Below are positions 22,706-32,802 of a stretch of 64,000 bases of DNA, piece after piece. The stretch is from an uncultured Gemmatimonadaceae bacterium (GTDB taxonomy: Bacteria > Gemmatimonadota > Gemmatimonadetes > Gemmatimonadales > Gemmatimonadaceae). The position numbers and the translations under genes were made by a program. The stretch spans positions 960,001 to 1,024,000 of the forward strand of contig CAVUDW010000002.1 of the NCBI GenBank assembly GCA_963740355.1, in the 5' to 3' direction. Each line of letters starts with the position of its first letter. Position 1 is the first letter of the stretch. Below the pieces are notes generated by a model. The model worked only from the letters and a program-made list of their open reading frames with translations. It was not told the DNA's origin and searched no databases.

Positions 22706-24772
22706 CAGTCGGCCGCGAACAGGGTGACCGACTGCGCCGCCACTTCGCTGCTCGCCAGCGGCGCCTTGCCTCCCACGACCCGGACCCAGGTTCGGACCGA
22801 TTCGAACACAATCACGATCACCGAGATCAAGAAGAATGCCGCCACGGCCGCATCCAGACGGTCGTTGAATACCATCCGTGGCATCGCGGCCAACGATGGC
22901 ACCCCAGGCGGCAAGCGTGCCGGCGGCGTGCAGCGCGCTGAATTTCGTCGCATGGGCGAGGAACCCGATCCGCGGATCGGCGCTGAACAGCTTCTGCCAG
23001 CCTGCCGTCATCACCACGATCAGCAACCACGACAGCGGCAGGATGGTGGTCCAGGCATACCGCGCCTTCCCCATGCGGATGATCACGGTCGTGCCTACGC
23101 ACAGGGCGACCGCGGCGAGCAACTGGTTCGCCATCCCGAACAACGGCCAGAGCGAGTTGATGCCACCGAGCGGGTCGGTCACGCCCTGATAGAGAAAATA
23201 GCCCCACAACGCGACGAAAATCGCACTCGCCATCCAGACCGCTGGCTGCCAGGTGACGTCGCGGAATCTGGGCCACACCTGCCCGCCCAGGTCCTGCAAC
23301 ATGAACCGGCCGACTCGGGTGCCGGCATCGAGCGTGGTGAGGATGAAGAGTGCCTCGAACATGATCGCGAAATGATACCAGAGCGCCATGCCGCCTCCGC
23401 CCAGCGCGCGGTCGAAGAGGTGCGCCATGCCCACGGCCAGTGACGGCGCCCCGCCGGTGCGACTGAGCAGCGTGCTCTCGCCGACACTCTTGGCCAGTGC
23501 ATCCATCTCACCGGGCTGGAGCACGAAGCCCCATTGCTGCACCGCCAGCGCCGCGCTTTCGGCCGTCGTGCCAAGGGCCGCGACGGGGGCATTGATGGCG
23601 AAGTACACGCCGGGAGTCAGCACACAGGCCGCGATCAAGGCCATGATCGCCACCAGCGATTCCGTCAGCATCGCCCCGTACCCGACCAGCTTCGCATCCG
23701 GCTCGCTCGACAGCAGCTTCGGCGTGGTGCCGCTGGCGATCAGGGAGTGAAAACCACTGATCGCGCCGCAGGCAATCGTGATGAACACGAATGGAAACAC
23801 CTTGCCACTGAAGACCGGACCGGTGCCGTCGATGAACTGCGTCACCGCAGGCATCGACAACGGTGGCAGCACCAGCAGGATGCCCACGGCCAGCGCCACC
23901 ACCACGCCGATCTTCACGAACGCGCTCAGGTAATCGCGCGGCGCCAGCAGCAGCCAGACGGGCAGTACGCTGGCGGCAAACCCATAGGCCATGATCAGGA
24001 GCGCGATCGCCGGACCGCTGAGTGTGAACATCGGTGCCAGCGCAGGATTGGCCGCCACCCACTGCCCGGCCCACAGCGCACCGGCCAGCATCACCAGCCC
24101 GATCGCACTCGCCTCGAGCACCTTGTCGGGCCGCAGATACCGCAGATACAGCCCCATGAACATCGCGATCGGAATCGTGAGGCTGATGGTGACGGTGCCC
24201 CACGGACTCGACTTGAGCGCATTCACCACCACCAGCGCCAGCACCGAGATCAGCACCACCATGATGCCCAGCACGGCGACCAACGCCGTGATCCCGGCCA
24301 CCGGCCCGATTTCATCCTTCGCCATCTGGCCGAGGGATCGTCCATCACGCCGCACCGAGGCGCAGAGGATCACGAAATCCTGCACGGCGCCGCCAAGTAC
24401 CACACCGATGACGATCCAGAGCGCGCCCGGCAGGTATCCGAACTGCGCCGCCAGTGTGGGGCCCACCAACGGTCCGGGGCCTGCAATCGCCGCGAAGTGA
24501 TGTCCGAACACCACCCACTTGTTGGTCGGCACGAAATCGTGGCCATCCGACTTCCGCACCGCTGGTGTGGCGCGGTCGGCATCGAGGGCGAAGATCTTCG
24601 TCGCGATGAACCGCGCATAGAAGCGGTAGCCGACGAGGTAGGTACAGATCGCCGCCGTCAGCAGCCAGGCCGCGTTGATGCTTTCGCCGCGGGAGAGGGC
24701 GATGCGACCAAGCGCACCGGCACCGATGGCCGCAATCAGACCCCAGAGGACAACAGTTCGGGCAGTGCGCAT
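22705..24772 (-). CDS. cstA: Carbon starvation protein CstA (peptide/pyruvate transporter), frameshift near 22914
   Basis: [48 protein letters not shown]; true C-terminus ([10 protein letters not shown]) is in ORF 22705-22953. Confidence 0.95.
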
Positions 24773-24923
24773 GGGACGGGAAGCAGGGAGCCAACACGTT
24801 CGAAGCGCCGTGACGGTACCCGGCGGTCACACATCCCGGCAAGGCGTGCGATACAAGCCGCCGCCGAACTGCCTGTGAATCATGATCCTGAACCTGCGCC
24901 GCCGAGCCGACTATCTTCCGGCC

Positions 24924-25673
24924 ATGTCTCTGCGCCCCCACGCCATGCGCCATCTCGCCGCCCTGCTGCCTGCCTGTGCTCTTCTTTGCGCAGCCTGTGG
25001 TGGATCGCCCAAGCCAACCTCGGCTCCGACGCCCGAGCCGGCCACGGCCGCGATGCGCGATACGACGCGCGCCACCGAGCCGACGCAGCCGACATCGTCG
25101 GCGCCGCGGCCGCCGCTGCCGCCGCCGGTCTTCGGTGAATACGCCTCGCGCATGGTGGTGGTGTTTCCGCTGCAGAAGTATGCGGTTGGCGACTCCGGCT
25201 GGATCGCGGCATCGAGCACCAATGGCCGTCCGCGGGCGGCGCAGCTGGATTCCGCGCTGACCGCCGTGTTGCGGGATCGCGGGCTGGAAACCACCTGGTC
25301 GCTGACGCCGAACACGTCGAGGGTCGCGCAGCGCGAGGTGATGAATCGCACCGACCCGCGTGCGCTCTCGACCGCCGGCCTGGCGCCAAGCCGCCGTCGC
25401 AACGATGTCGACCTGCGCGAGCCGCTCTCCTCGCAGCTGCGCGCCATCATCGCCATGGTCCCTGAATCACGCCTCGTCCTCCTGCCGCTGGAGACGCGAG
25501 TGCTGACCACCGCCAACGGGATGAAGCAGGCGACGCTGCGCATCGCGTTCCTCGACGGCCGGATGGCGACGGTGCTGTCGTTTCCCGACGTGATCGGTGC
25601 GCCCGCCGCCGACGAAAAGGGGGCGCTGCTGGCCGTCGCCACCAAGTTCGCCGATCTGGTGATCGTGCCCTAG
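24924..25673 (+). CDS. Hypothetical lipoprotein
   Basis: LCAACGG lipobox followed by a Pro-rich linker. Confidence 0.7.
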   Translation: MSLRPHAMRHLAALLPACALLCAACGGSPKPTSAPTPEPATAAMRDTTRATEPTQPTSSAPRPPLPPPVFGEYASRMVVVFPLQKYAVGDSGWIAASSTNGRPRAAQLDSALTAVLRDRGLETTWSLTPNTSRVAQREVMNRTDPRALSTAGLAPSRRRNDVDLREPLSSQLRAIIAMVPESRLVLLPLETRVLTTANGMKQATLRIAFLDGRMATVLSFPDVIGAPAADEKGALLAVATKFADLVIVP

Positions 25674-25740
25674 TCGCCGATCGCTGCCGACACTCGCTGC
25701 ACATTCCTCTCGTTTTCCCACCGCTTCCGTCCTGCACACT

Positions 25741-26754
25741 ATGTCCACCACAGTCACACTCATTCCCGGCGATGGCATCGGGCCCGACATCACGGAAGCC
25801 ACCATCCGCGTGCTCGAAGCGGTCGGGGCTGACCTGGTCTGGGATCGACAGATGGCCGGCGCCTCGGCGGCGGCGCGGTACAACGATCCGATTCCGGAAG
25901 CGACGCTGGATTCGATCAAGCGGAATCGCGTGGCGCTCAAGGGACCGCTCGAGACCCCCGTCGGTGAAGGCTACCGGTCGGTGAACGTGGCGATGCGAAA
26001 GACCTTCGACCTGTACGCCAATGTGCGCCCCGCGCATGTGATCCTGCACGGCGGACGATTCGAGAAGGTCGACATCGTGATCATCCGCGAGAACCTCGAA
26101 GGCCTGTACTACGGCGCCGAGCACTACATCCGGATCGGCGATGACCCGAAGGCCGCCGCGGAAAGTGTCGCGCTCATCACGCGATACGGGTCTGACCGCG
26201 CGATCCGGTATGCGTTCGAGTATGCCGTGAAGCATGGCCGCAAGAAGGTCACGCTGGTGCACAAGGCGAACATCCTCAAGTACACGCAAGGCCTCTTCCT
26301 CGATGTCGGTCGCGAGATCGCGAAGGAATACGCGGGGCGCGTGCAGTTCGAGGATCGCATCATCGACGCGATGGCGATGCAGCTGGTGCTGAAGCCAGAG
26401 AACTTCGATGTGATCGTGACCACCAACCTGTTCGGGGACATCCTCTCCGACCTGGTGTCGGGACTGGTGGGAGGCCTTGGCCTCGCGCCGGGGGCGAACA
26501 TCGGGCCGACGGCGGCGATCTTCGAGGCGGTGCATGGCACGGCGCCGGACATCGCAGGCAAGGGCGTGGCGAATCCGGGGGCGCTGATTCTCGCGGCCTG
26601 CCTGATGCTCGACCATCTCGGCGACACGGAACGGGCCGAGCGGATTCGCACGGCACTGCACGCCGTGATCGACGAACGGGTGTGGCTGACGCGTGATCTC
26701 GGCGGCACGGCGTCGACGCAGCAGTTTGCGGACGCCATCATCGCGAAGCTTTGA
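25741..26754 (+). CDS. icd: Isocitrate/isopropylmalate dehydrogenase family, probably NAD-dependent isocitrate dehydrogenase
   Basis: IPGDGIGP, SVNVAMRK..DLYANVRP, VHKANI, NLFGDILSD, EAVHGTAPDIAG. Confidence 0.88.
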   Translation: MSTTVTLIPGDGIGPDITEATIRVLEAVGADLVWDRQMAGASAAARYNDPIPEATLDSIKRNRVALKGPLETPVGEGYRSVNVAMRKTFDLYANVRPAHVILHGGRFEKVDIVIIRENLEGLYYGAEHYIRIGDDPKAAAESVALITRYGSDRAIRYAFEYAVKHGRKKVTLVHKANILKYTQGLFLDVGREIAKEYAGRVQFEDRIIDAMAMQLVLKPENFDVIVTTNLFGDILSDLVSGLVGGLGLAPGANIGPTAAIFEAVHGTAPDIAGKGVANPGALILAACLMLDHLGDTERAERIRTALHAVIDERVWLTRDLGGTASTQQFADAIIAKL

Positions 26755-26774
26755 CGGAGGAAGGAGGCAAGCGC

Positions 26775-27596
26775 GTGACCCGAATCCTGCACGTCTCCGA
26801 CCTGCATTTCGGTCGACCCGCGGTCCCGCTGCAGATCGACGCCATCGAGGCCCTGATCCAGGACGAACAGTTCGATGTGGTCGCGATCAGCGGGGATGTG
26901 AGTCAGCGGGCGCGGGCGGGGGAGTTCCAGCGCGCGCAGGTCTTCCTGCGCGACGCGAGGAAGGTCAGTGAGACGATCGTGGTGCCCGGCAACCACGACG
27001 TGGCCTGGTGGAACGCACCGATGGGTATTGGTGACGTATCGGCACTATATGCCGACTACCGCGCCTTCATCGACGCCGAGACCGAGCCGGTGCTGGATGT
27101 GCCGGGGGCGCGCTTCGTCGGCCTCAACACCAGCCACGGCATCACGCGTCGCACGTTGACCTGGAACATGCGCGACCTGAGCGTGATCGGGGACGTGACC
27201 CGCTCGCAGCTGGATCGGATGCGCGAGCGCCTCGACGCGGTGCCGGCCGAGACGGCGCGGGTGGTGGTGATGCATCACAACCCGGTGCGTGGGGAACTGA
27301 GCCAGCGCCACGGCCTCAAGCACACCAAGAAGGTGCTGGGCGCCTTTGCCGAGATGGGCGTCGACCTCGTGCTCTGCGGTCATGACCATCAGGAGGCGAT
27401 TCATTTCGTGGAGCACACGAAGAAGGGCACCGTGATCTCGACCGCCGGCACGGTCAGCAGTCGTTCGCGTGGTGGTCGGTTGTCGAGTGTGAACTGCATC
27501 GACATCACGCCCGAGGAGATTCATATCGTGACGTGGATCTGGGAGCCGACGGCGCGCCGGTTCGGCCCAGGCCCGGTGAAGGTGTTCGCGCGGTGA
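26775..27596 (+). CDS. Calcineurin-like metallophosphoesterase
   Basis: SDLHFG, GDVS, PGNHD, HHN, GHDH. Confidence 0.92.
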   Translation: MTRILHVSDLHFGRPAVPLQIDAIEALIQDEQFDVVAISGDVSQRARAGEFQRAQVFLRDARKVSETIVVPGNHDVAWWNAPMGIGDVSALYADYRAFIDAETEPVLDVPGARFVGLNTSHGITRRTLTWNMRDLSVIGDVTRSQLDRMRERLDAVPAETARVVVMHHNPVRGELSQRHGLKHTKKVLGAFAEMGVDLVLCGHDHQEAIHFVEHTKKGTVISTAGTVSSRSRGGRLSSVNCIDITPEEIHIVTWIWEPTARRFGPGPVKVFAR

Positions 27597-28456
27597 TTGC
27601 GTGGCTGACGCGCAAGTTTTCGCGCGATCCGGGGCAGCTGGGGTTGTTCGAGGTGGTGTCGGCGACGCCGGAATTGGTGCGGCATGTGGCACCGATGCGA
27701 GTGCCGGATGCAGCGCCGGCGTCGCGACCGTTGCCGGCAGAACCGGGCATGTCGAACTCGCTCGCTTCATCACGTGCGACAGCACATGCACCCGCGCCCG
27801 CGGTGCCAGTCGTTCCGGCACCCGTCGCGATCGATCCGGACGCCTTCCTCGCCACATTGCGGGCACACGGCCTGCGTGGCGTGGACCGCGTGGTGTTCAC
27901 GCGCAATCGCCGCACGATGGTGAGCCTGCTGCGCGGCGTCCTGCGTGTCCATGAAGGCTTCGTGTCGGCACCGGCAAGCGTGCATCAGGCGATCGCCATC
28001 TTCGCGACCTCGCGCAATCGTGCGAAACGTTCGGCCGCCCGCGATGTGATCGTGGAGTGGCCGGTGCCGATCCGTGCTGCCGCGCGACGTCCCGCGGCGC
28101 AGCACGCCGACGATGCGCCGATGGCCGCGCGCCTGACGATGCTGCATGCGCAACTGAATCTCGAACACTTCGACGGAGCGCTCGATGCGCTCGAGATCCA
28201 GGTCTCGCGCCGCCTCGCGCGCCGACTTGGTCACTACACGCCGCGCTCCCACAACGGTGGCATCGGTGAGATCGTGATGTCGCGCCGCCACGTTCGCCGC
28301 GATGGCTGGCCCGAGGCGATCCACACCCTGCTGCACGAGATGGTGCACCAGTGGCAGGACGAAACCGGCCGTCCCGTCGACCACGGCGCCGGCTTCCGCG
28401 CCAAGTGCCGCGCTGTCGGCATCGAACCCGCCGCGACCCGCATGATTCCGCGCTGA
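27593..28456 (+). CDS. SprT-like zinc metalloprotease domain protein
   Basis: LNLEHFDG, TLLHEMVHQWQ, DHGAGF; GTG overlaps the upstream TGA. Confidence 0.88.
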   Translation: MIAWLTRKFSRDPGQLGLFEVVSATPELVRHVAPMRVPDAAPASRPLPAEPGMSNSLASSRATAHAPAPAVPVVPAPVAIDPDAFLATLRAHGLRGVDRVVFTRNRRTMVSLLRGVLRVHEGFVSAPASVHQAIAIFATSRNRAKRSAARDVIVEWPVPIRAAARRPAAQHADDAPMAARLTMLHAQLNLEHFDGALDALEIQVSRRLARRLGHYTPRSHNGGIGEIVMSRRHVRRDGWPEAIHTLLHEMVHQWQDETGRPVDHGAGFRAKCRAVGIEPAATRMIPR

Positions 28457-28570
28457 GTTCTCGTCAGAGGCAGGCAGCGGTGTGTGAGAGGACAAGAGAC
28501 GGCCGAGCGGGCACGTCGCAGGCTTGTAGTTGCGACCATCGCTGTTGCTCAGAGAAAACAACATGTGAGC

Positions 28571-28851
28571 GGGAGGCCACGGAGCTCACGGAGTGCGTCG
28601 TATTCGAGGCGTCCCTCTTTGCGGGCTTCGTTCTCTTGCTGTTCTCAAAAACAGCAGCCGAGAAACGCGCTGCACGATCGGCTGCACCCCACGCACTCCG
28701 TGAGCTCCGTGGCCTCCCCCCCCAATGCAGTTGCAGTTGTCGTTGCAGTTGCAGTTGCAGTTCAATCTCGAAAACAGTGAAACGCGCTGCACGATCGGCT
28801 GCACCCCACGCACTCCGTGAGCTCCGTGGCCTCCCCCTCAATGCAGTTGCA
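28571..28851. repeat. REP-like composite intergenic repeat
   Basis: Direct ~73-bp copies at 28662-28735 and 28779-28851; 28-bp inverted copy at 28571-28598; (GCAGTT)n tract at ~28727-28762. Confidence 0.85.
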
Positions 28852-29027
28852 CTTGACGATCTCGCACAAGCACGTAAGCCTCGGCTGTAGTCTCCCCTTT
28901 CGATCTTACCAAAAAAGCGTGGACGCTCGTCGGGATTACCCTGACACCGAGCTCTCACGATGCGCCAGGAAATGGGATGACTTATTGTGATGGAATTCTG
29001 TGGTGAATCCGAAAACTCTTGCCCTCG

Positions 29028-30389
29028 ATGACCATGCGACGCTTCTCGGGTTCGATGCTGGCAGCTGCACTCTCGGCTGGTGCTCTGGTCTCATCACTCA
29101 CGGCGCAACGGCCGGTGAACACGACGGCGTTGCGCGAGGAGATCGAGCGGCGGACGGCGCTGGTGAATGCGAAGGTGGTGAGCTGGCGGCGCGACATTCA
29201 TGAACACCCAGAGCTGTCTGGTGAAGAGGTGCGCACGTCGGCGCTGGTCGCGGCTCACCTTCGCGCGCTGGGCATGGAGGTCACGACCGAGGTCGGCGGC
29301 CACGGCGTGATCGGAATCCTCCGCGGTGGCAAGCCGGGGCCGGTCGTCGCGTTGCGCGCGGACATGGATGCGCTGCCGGTGGCAGAGCAGGTCGACCTGC
29401 CTTTTCGCTCGGTGGTGAAGAGCAGCTACCGTGGACAGGCCGTTGGTGTGATGCATGCCTGCGGACATGACAATCATGTCGCGATCCTGATGGGCGCCGC
29501 CGAAGTGCTGGCTGGCATGAAGGCGACGTTGCCTGGCACCGTGAAGTTCATCTTCCAGCCGGCGGAAGAAGGCGCGCCGAATGGCGAAGGTGGTGCGGCG
29601 CCGATGATCCGTGCTGGTGCCCTCGAGAATCCGCATGTGGACGCGATCTTCGGGTTGCATGTCTTCCCCGGTCCCCTCGGCTCGGTGGGCTATCGTGTCG
29701 GTCCGCTGCTCGCGGCGGCCAATTCATTTTCGCTCACCGTGCGCGGCCGACAGACGCATGGCGCCGCGCCATGGGCAGGTGTCGATCCGATTGTCGTCGG
29801 CTCGCAGATCGTGATGGGCCTCCAGACCATCATCAGCCGCCAGACCGACATCACGGCGGTGCCGGCCATCGTCACCGTCGGCGCCATCAACGGGGGAATC
29901 CGCAGCAACATCATTCCCGACAGCGTGGTGATGGTGGGCACGATCCGCACCTTCGATCCGACGCAGCGCAGCGACATCTTCGCGCGCATGAAGCGGACGG
30001 CGGAGCAGATCGCGCTCAGCAGTGGCGCGACGGCATCGGTGGTCGTGGATAGCGGCTACCCGGTGACGGTCAATGACACCGCCCTGACGAACCAGATGTT
30101 GCCCACGCTCCGCTGGGCCGCCGGACCGGCGGGGGCTTCGATCCGGCCGCTGGTGACCGGCGCCGAGGACTTTTCCTACTTCCAGGAGAAGGTGCCGGGG
30201 CTGTTCGTGATGCTTGGCGTGACGCCCAAGGACAAGGATCCGCGGACCGTGGCGGCCAACCACTCGCCTTATTTCTTTGCGGATGAGGCTGCCCTCCCGA
30301 CCGGCGTCAGGACGATGGCCTCGCTGGCGGTGGACTTCCTCGCCGCGGGCAAGGTGGCACCCGGGGCGGCGGGAACCGCGGGTCGGTAG
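29028..30389 (+). CDS. Secreted M20D amidohydrolase
   Basis: Signal peptide; WRRDIHEHPELS, RADMDALP, MHACGHD, FQPAEEG, AEDFS. Confidence 0.93.
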   Translation: MTMRRFSGSMLAAALSAGALVSSLTAQRPVNTTALREEIERRTALVNAKVVSWRRDIHEHPELSGEEVRTSALVAAHLRALGMEVTTEVGGHGVIGILRGGKPGPVVALRADMDALPVAEQVDLPFRSVVKSSYRGQAVGVMHACGHDNHVAILMGAAEVLAGMKATLPGTVKFIFQPAEEGAPNGEGGAAPMIRAGALENPHVDAIFGLHVFPGPLGSVGYRVGPLLAAANSFSLTVRGRQTHGAAPWAGVDPIVVGSQIVMGLQTIISRQTDITAVPAIVTVGAINGGIRSNIIPDSVVMVGTIRTFDPTQRSDIFARMKRTAEQIALSSGATASVVVDSGYPVTVNDTALTNQMLPTLRWAAGPAGASIRPLVTGAEDFSYFQEKVPGLFVMLGVTPKDKDPRTVAANHSPYFFADEAALPTGVRTMASLAVDFLAAGKVAPGAAGTAGR

Positions 30390-30582
30390 CCCCCCGCCTC
30401 ATTCAATCGTCCATGGGAGGCTGGCCCGGCTGCGTTTCCGCACTCTGCCGGGCCAGTTAGCGTTATCACTCTGGAATGTCCGCGGGATTCCCTCCGGAAT
30501 TCTCACCGGATACCCACCTCGATCCTTCAGGGCGCGCCCATCCGGCGGCGCCCGCCCGACCTTCCCTGGCGGAGACTGTGCC

Positions 30583-31818
30583 ATGGCCGTTCATATCGAT
30601 TCCGAAACTTCGCTGCTCCCATCAGGCCACCTGATGCCGCGCGAGGATGATCTTTTCAACATCGACGCCGCACTGACGGAGGAGGAGCGCGCGATTCGCG
30701 ACTCGGTGCGTCGCTTCGTCGATGAGCGCATCATCCCGATCATCGGTGATTGCTACGTCCAGGGCCGCTTTCCGAAGGAACTGATTCCGGAGATGGCCGA
30801 ACTCGGCATGTTCGGCGCGAACCTCCCCGAGGAATACGGCTGCGCGGGCCTGAGCAGCGTCGCCTACGGGTTGATCATGCAGGAACTCGAGCGCGGCGAC
30901 AGCGGCATCCGCAGCTTCGCCAGCGTGCAGGGGGCGCTGGTCATGTACCCGATCTTCGCATTCGGCAGCGAAGCGCAGAAGCGCCAATACCTGCCGAAGA
31001 TGGCGAAGGGTGAAATCATCGGCTGCTTCGGCCTCACCGAGCCCGATGCCGGGTCCAACCCCGGTGGCATGATCACCCGCGCCCGCCAGCAGGGTGACGG
31101 ATCGTGGATCATCAATGGCGCCAAGATGTGGATCACCAACGGTTCACAGGCGCATGTGTCAATCATCTGGGCAAAGACCGCCGATGGCGACGACACCGGC
31201 AAGTCGGTGCGTGGCTTCATCGTGCCGACCAACACGCCCGGGTTCACGGCCAAGGACCAGAAGGGCAAGCTCTCGCTCCGGGCGAGCGACACCAGTGAAC
31301 TGGTGCTGGTCGACGTGCACGTTCCCGCCGATGCGATGCTTCCCGAAGTGCAGGGGCTGCGTGGCCCGCTCAGCTGCCTGACCCAGGCCCGATACGGCAT
31401 TTCGTGGGGTGCCGTCGGCGCCGCGATGGCCTGTTATGAAGAGGCGCTCTCCTATTCGAAGACGCGCATCATGTTCGACAAGCCGATTGGTGCGTTCCAG
31501 ATCCAGCAGGTACGCCTGGCCGACATGATCACGGAGATCATCAAGGGGCAGCTGCTCTCCTTGCACCTCGGCCGCATGAAGGACCTCGGAACGTTCAACT
31601 CGAACCAGGTGTCGGTGGCGAAGCGCAACAACGTCAACATGGCGACCGACATTGCGCGTGAAGCCCGTCGCCTGCTTGGCGGCAATGGCATCCTGGCCGA
31701 GTATCACAGCATGCGGCACATGGCCAACCTCGAGAGCGTGTACACGTACGAGGGGACGCACGACGTGCACTCGCTGATCATCGGCAACGCGATCACGGGA
31801 TTGCAGGCGTTCAAGTAG
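30583..31818 (+). CDS. Acyl-CoA dehydrogenase (glutaryl-CoA dehydrogenase-like)
   Basis: ELERGDSGIRS, GCFGLTEPDAGSNP, KMWITNG, NLESVYTYEGTHDVH. Confidence 0.93.
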   Translation: MAVHIDSETSLLPSGHLMPREDDLFNIDAALTEEERAIRDSVRRFVDERIIPIIGDCYVQGRFPKELIPEMAELGMFGANLPEEYGCAGLSSVAYGLIMQELERGDSGIRSFASVQGALVMYPIFAFGSEAQKRQYLPKMAKGEIIGCFGLTEPDAGSNPGGMITRARQQGDGSWIINGAKMWITNGSQAHVSIIWAKTADGDDTGKSVRGFIVPTNTPGFTAKDQKGKLSLRASDTSELVLVDVHVPADAMLPEVQGLRGPLSCLTQARYGISWGAVGAAMACYEEALSYSKTRIMFDKPIGAFQIQQVRLADMITEIIKGQLLSLHLGRMKDLGTFNSNQVSVAKRNNVNMATDIAREARRLLGGNGILAEYHSMRHMANLESVYTYEGTHDVHSLIIGNAITGLQAFK

Positions 31819-31842
31819 GGACGACGAAGTCTGTGGCAGGGC

Positions 31843-31881
31843 CCGATCCGCGTCGCGAGGGAACTCCGTGACGCGGATCGG
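31843..31881 (+). terminator. Hairpin after the acyl-CoA dehydrogenase gene
   Basis: ccgatccgcgtcgcg/cgtgacgcggatcgg stem. Confidence 0.55.
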
Positions 31882-31946
31882 TTAGCTTTGTGGCACGGGG
31901 TCTGCACGCATCGTCAGCAGCTGACGCGTGACCGCCCGCACCACTC

Positions 31947-31983
31947 CGGAGCGACCGCTGGCTCAGCGGCGCTCCGTTTTTTT
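31947..31983 (+). terminator. Intrinsic terminator just upstream of CDS 32017 (possible attenuator)
   Basis: cggagcg-a-ccgctg-gct-cagcgg-cgctccg followed by T7. Confidence 0.8.
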
Positions 31984-32016
31984 ATCCGGACTTTCGTCGT
32001 TTCTCAGGAGTCTTAG

Positions 32017-32634
32017 ATGGGTTCGCTCGTGCAGTTCGTCTGCTTCACCACCGTGCTGCCGCAGGAAGAGTTTCTGCAGGCCTGGGAGCCGTTCGCCTCC
32101 GGTTTTCTCTCCCGGGGCATCGAGCGGATCGTGCTCTCCGAGAACACCGAGCGGGACAGTGAGTCGGCGTTCGACTATGTCTCCCGGAACCTGTGGGACG
32201 AAAGCCGGTTCGAGCGGGCGTTCCCGCATGGTGTGCGCGGGAGTGGCGGGCTGGGGCCGATCGGCGTGCTCCAGGCGGGTGGTTTTCGCCTGGCGGAAGC
32301 CGCCGGCATCGAGCCGACCACGGGCCCGCGCGAGGAGGCCAAGGTGATGGTGTTCCTCATGACGCGGATCGGCCATCGCGAACCGGCCCGGGTCGCCGTT
32401 CGCCACGCGCTCCAGCAACAGTCAGTCGCCGCCCACGCCATCTTCCTCAAGGATGGCGATGCCCGGACCGATCGGTTCGACATGGTGGTCGAGGCGTACG
32501 TCCGCGACGGCGCCACCGACGAGATCATTTCACTGCTCCGAGCCGCCACGGCAACACACGTCACGGCAGCGCCGGTGATCGTCGGCGCCTACCACGAAGT
32601 GGCAGAGATGGGTGTCGAGGCGAAACGCGGATAG
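32017..32634 (+). CDS. Hypothetical protein
   Basis: AGGAG RBS before the ATG; 205 aa filling the gap; no motif recognised. Confidence 0.7.
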   Translation: MGSLVQFVCFTTVLPQEEFLQAWEPFASGFLSRGIERIVLSENTERDSESAFDYVSRNLWDESRFERAFPHGVRGSGGLGPIGVLQAGGFRLAEAAGIEPTTGPREEAKVMVFLMTRIGHREPARVAVRHALQQQSVAAHAIFLKDGDARTDRFDMVVEAYVRDGATDEIISLLRAATATHVTAAPVIVGAYHEVAEMGVEAKRG

Positions 32635-32802
32635 CGTCACCGTTGGGCGTTGCGCTCCGCGCATCGGGGCGCAAAGGCTCGCGTTGGTCGTGCCACGCAT
32701 CCACATTCGACGGGTTCCAGCGCCACTGCGCCGGAACCCGTTCGTTGTTTCTCCGGTGCCGATCTGCGGCGCGTGGCTTCTGACCGTGACAGGAACTCTT
32801 CC

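Noticed and set aside
28662..28851. Possible CRISPR array
   Set aside because: Only two long direct copies plus an inverted one; the spacer is a microsatellite; no cas genes
28351..28958. ORFs over the repeat region (28351-28890 +, 28464-28958 -)
   Set aside because: Their translations (CSCSC, LQLQLQ) only reflect the DNA repeats
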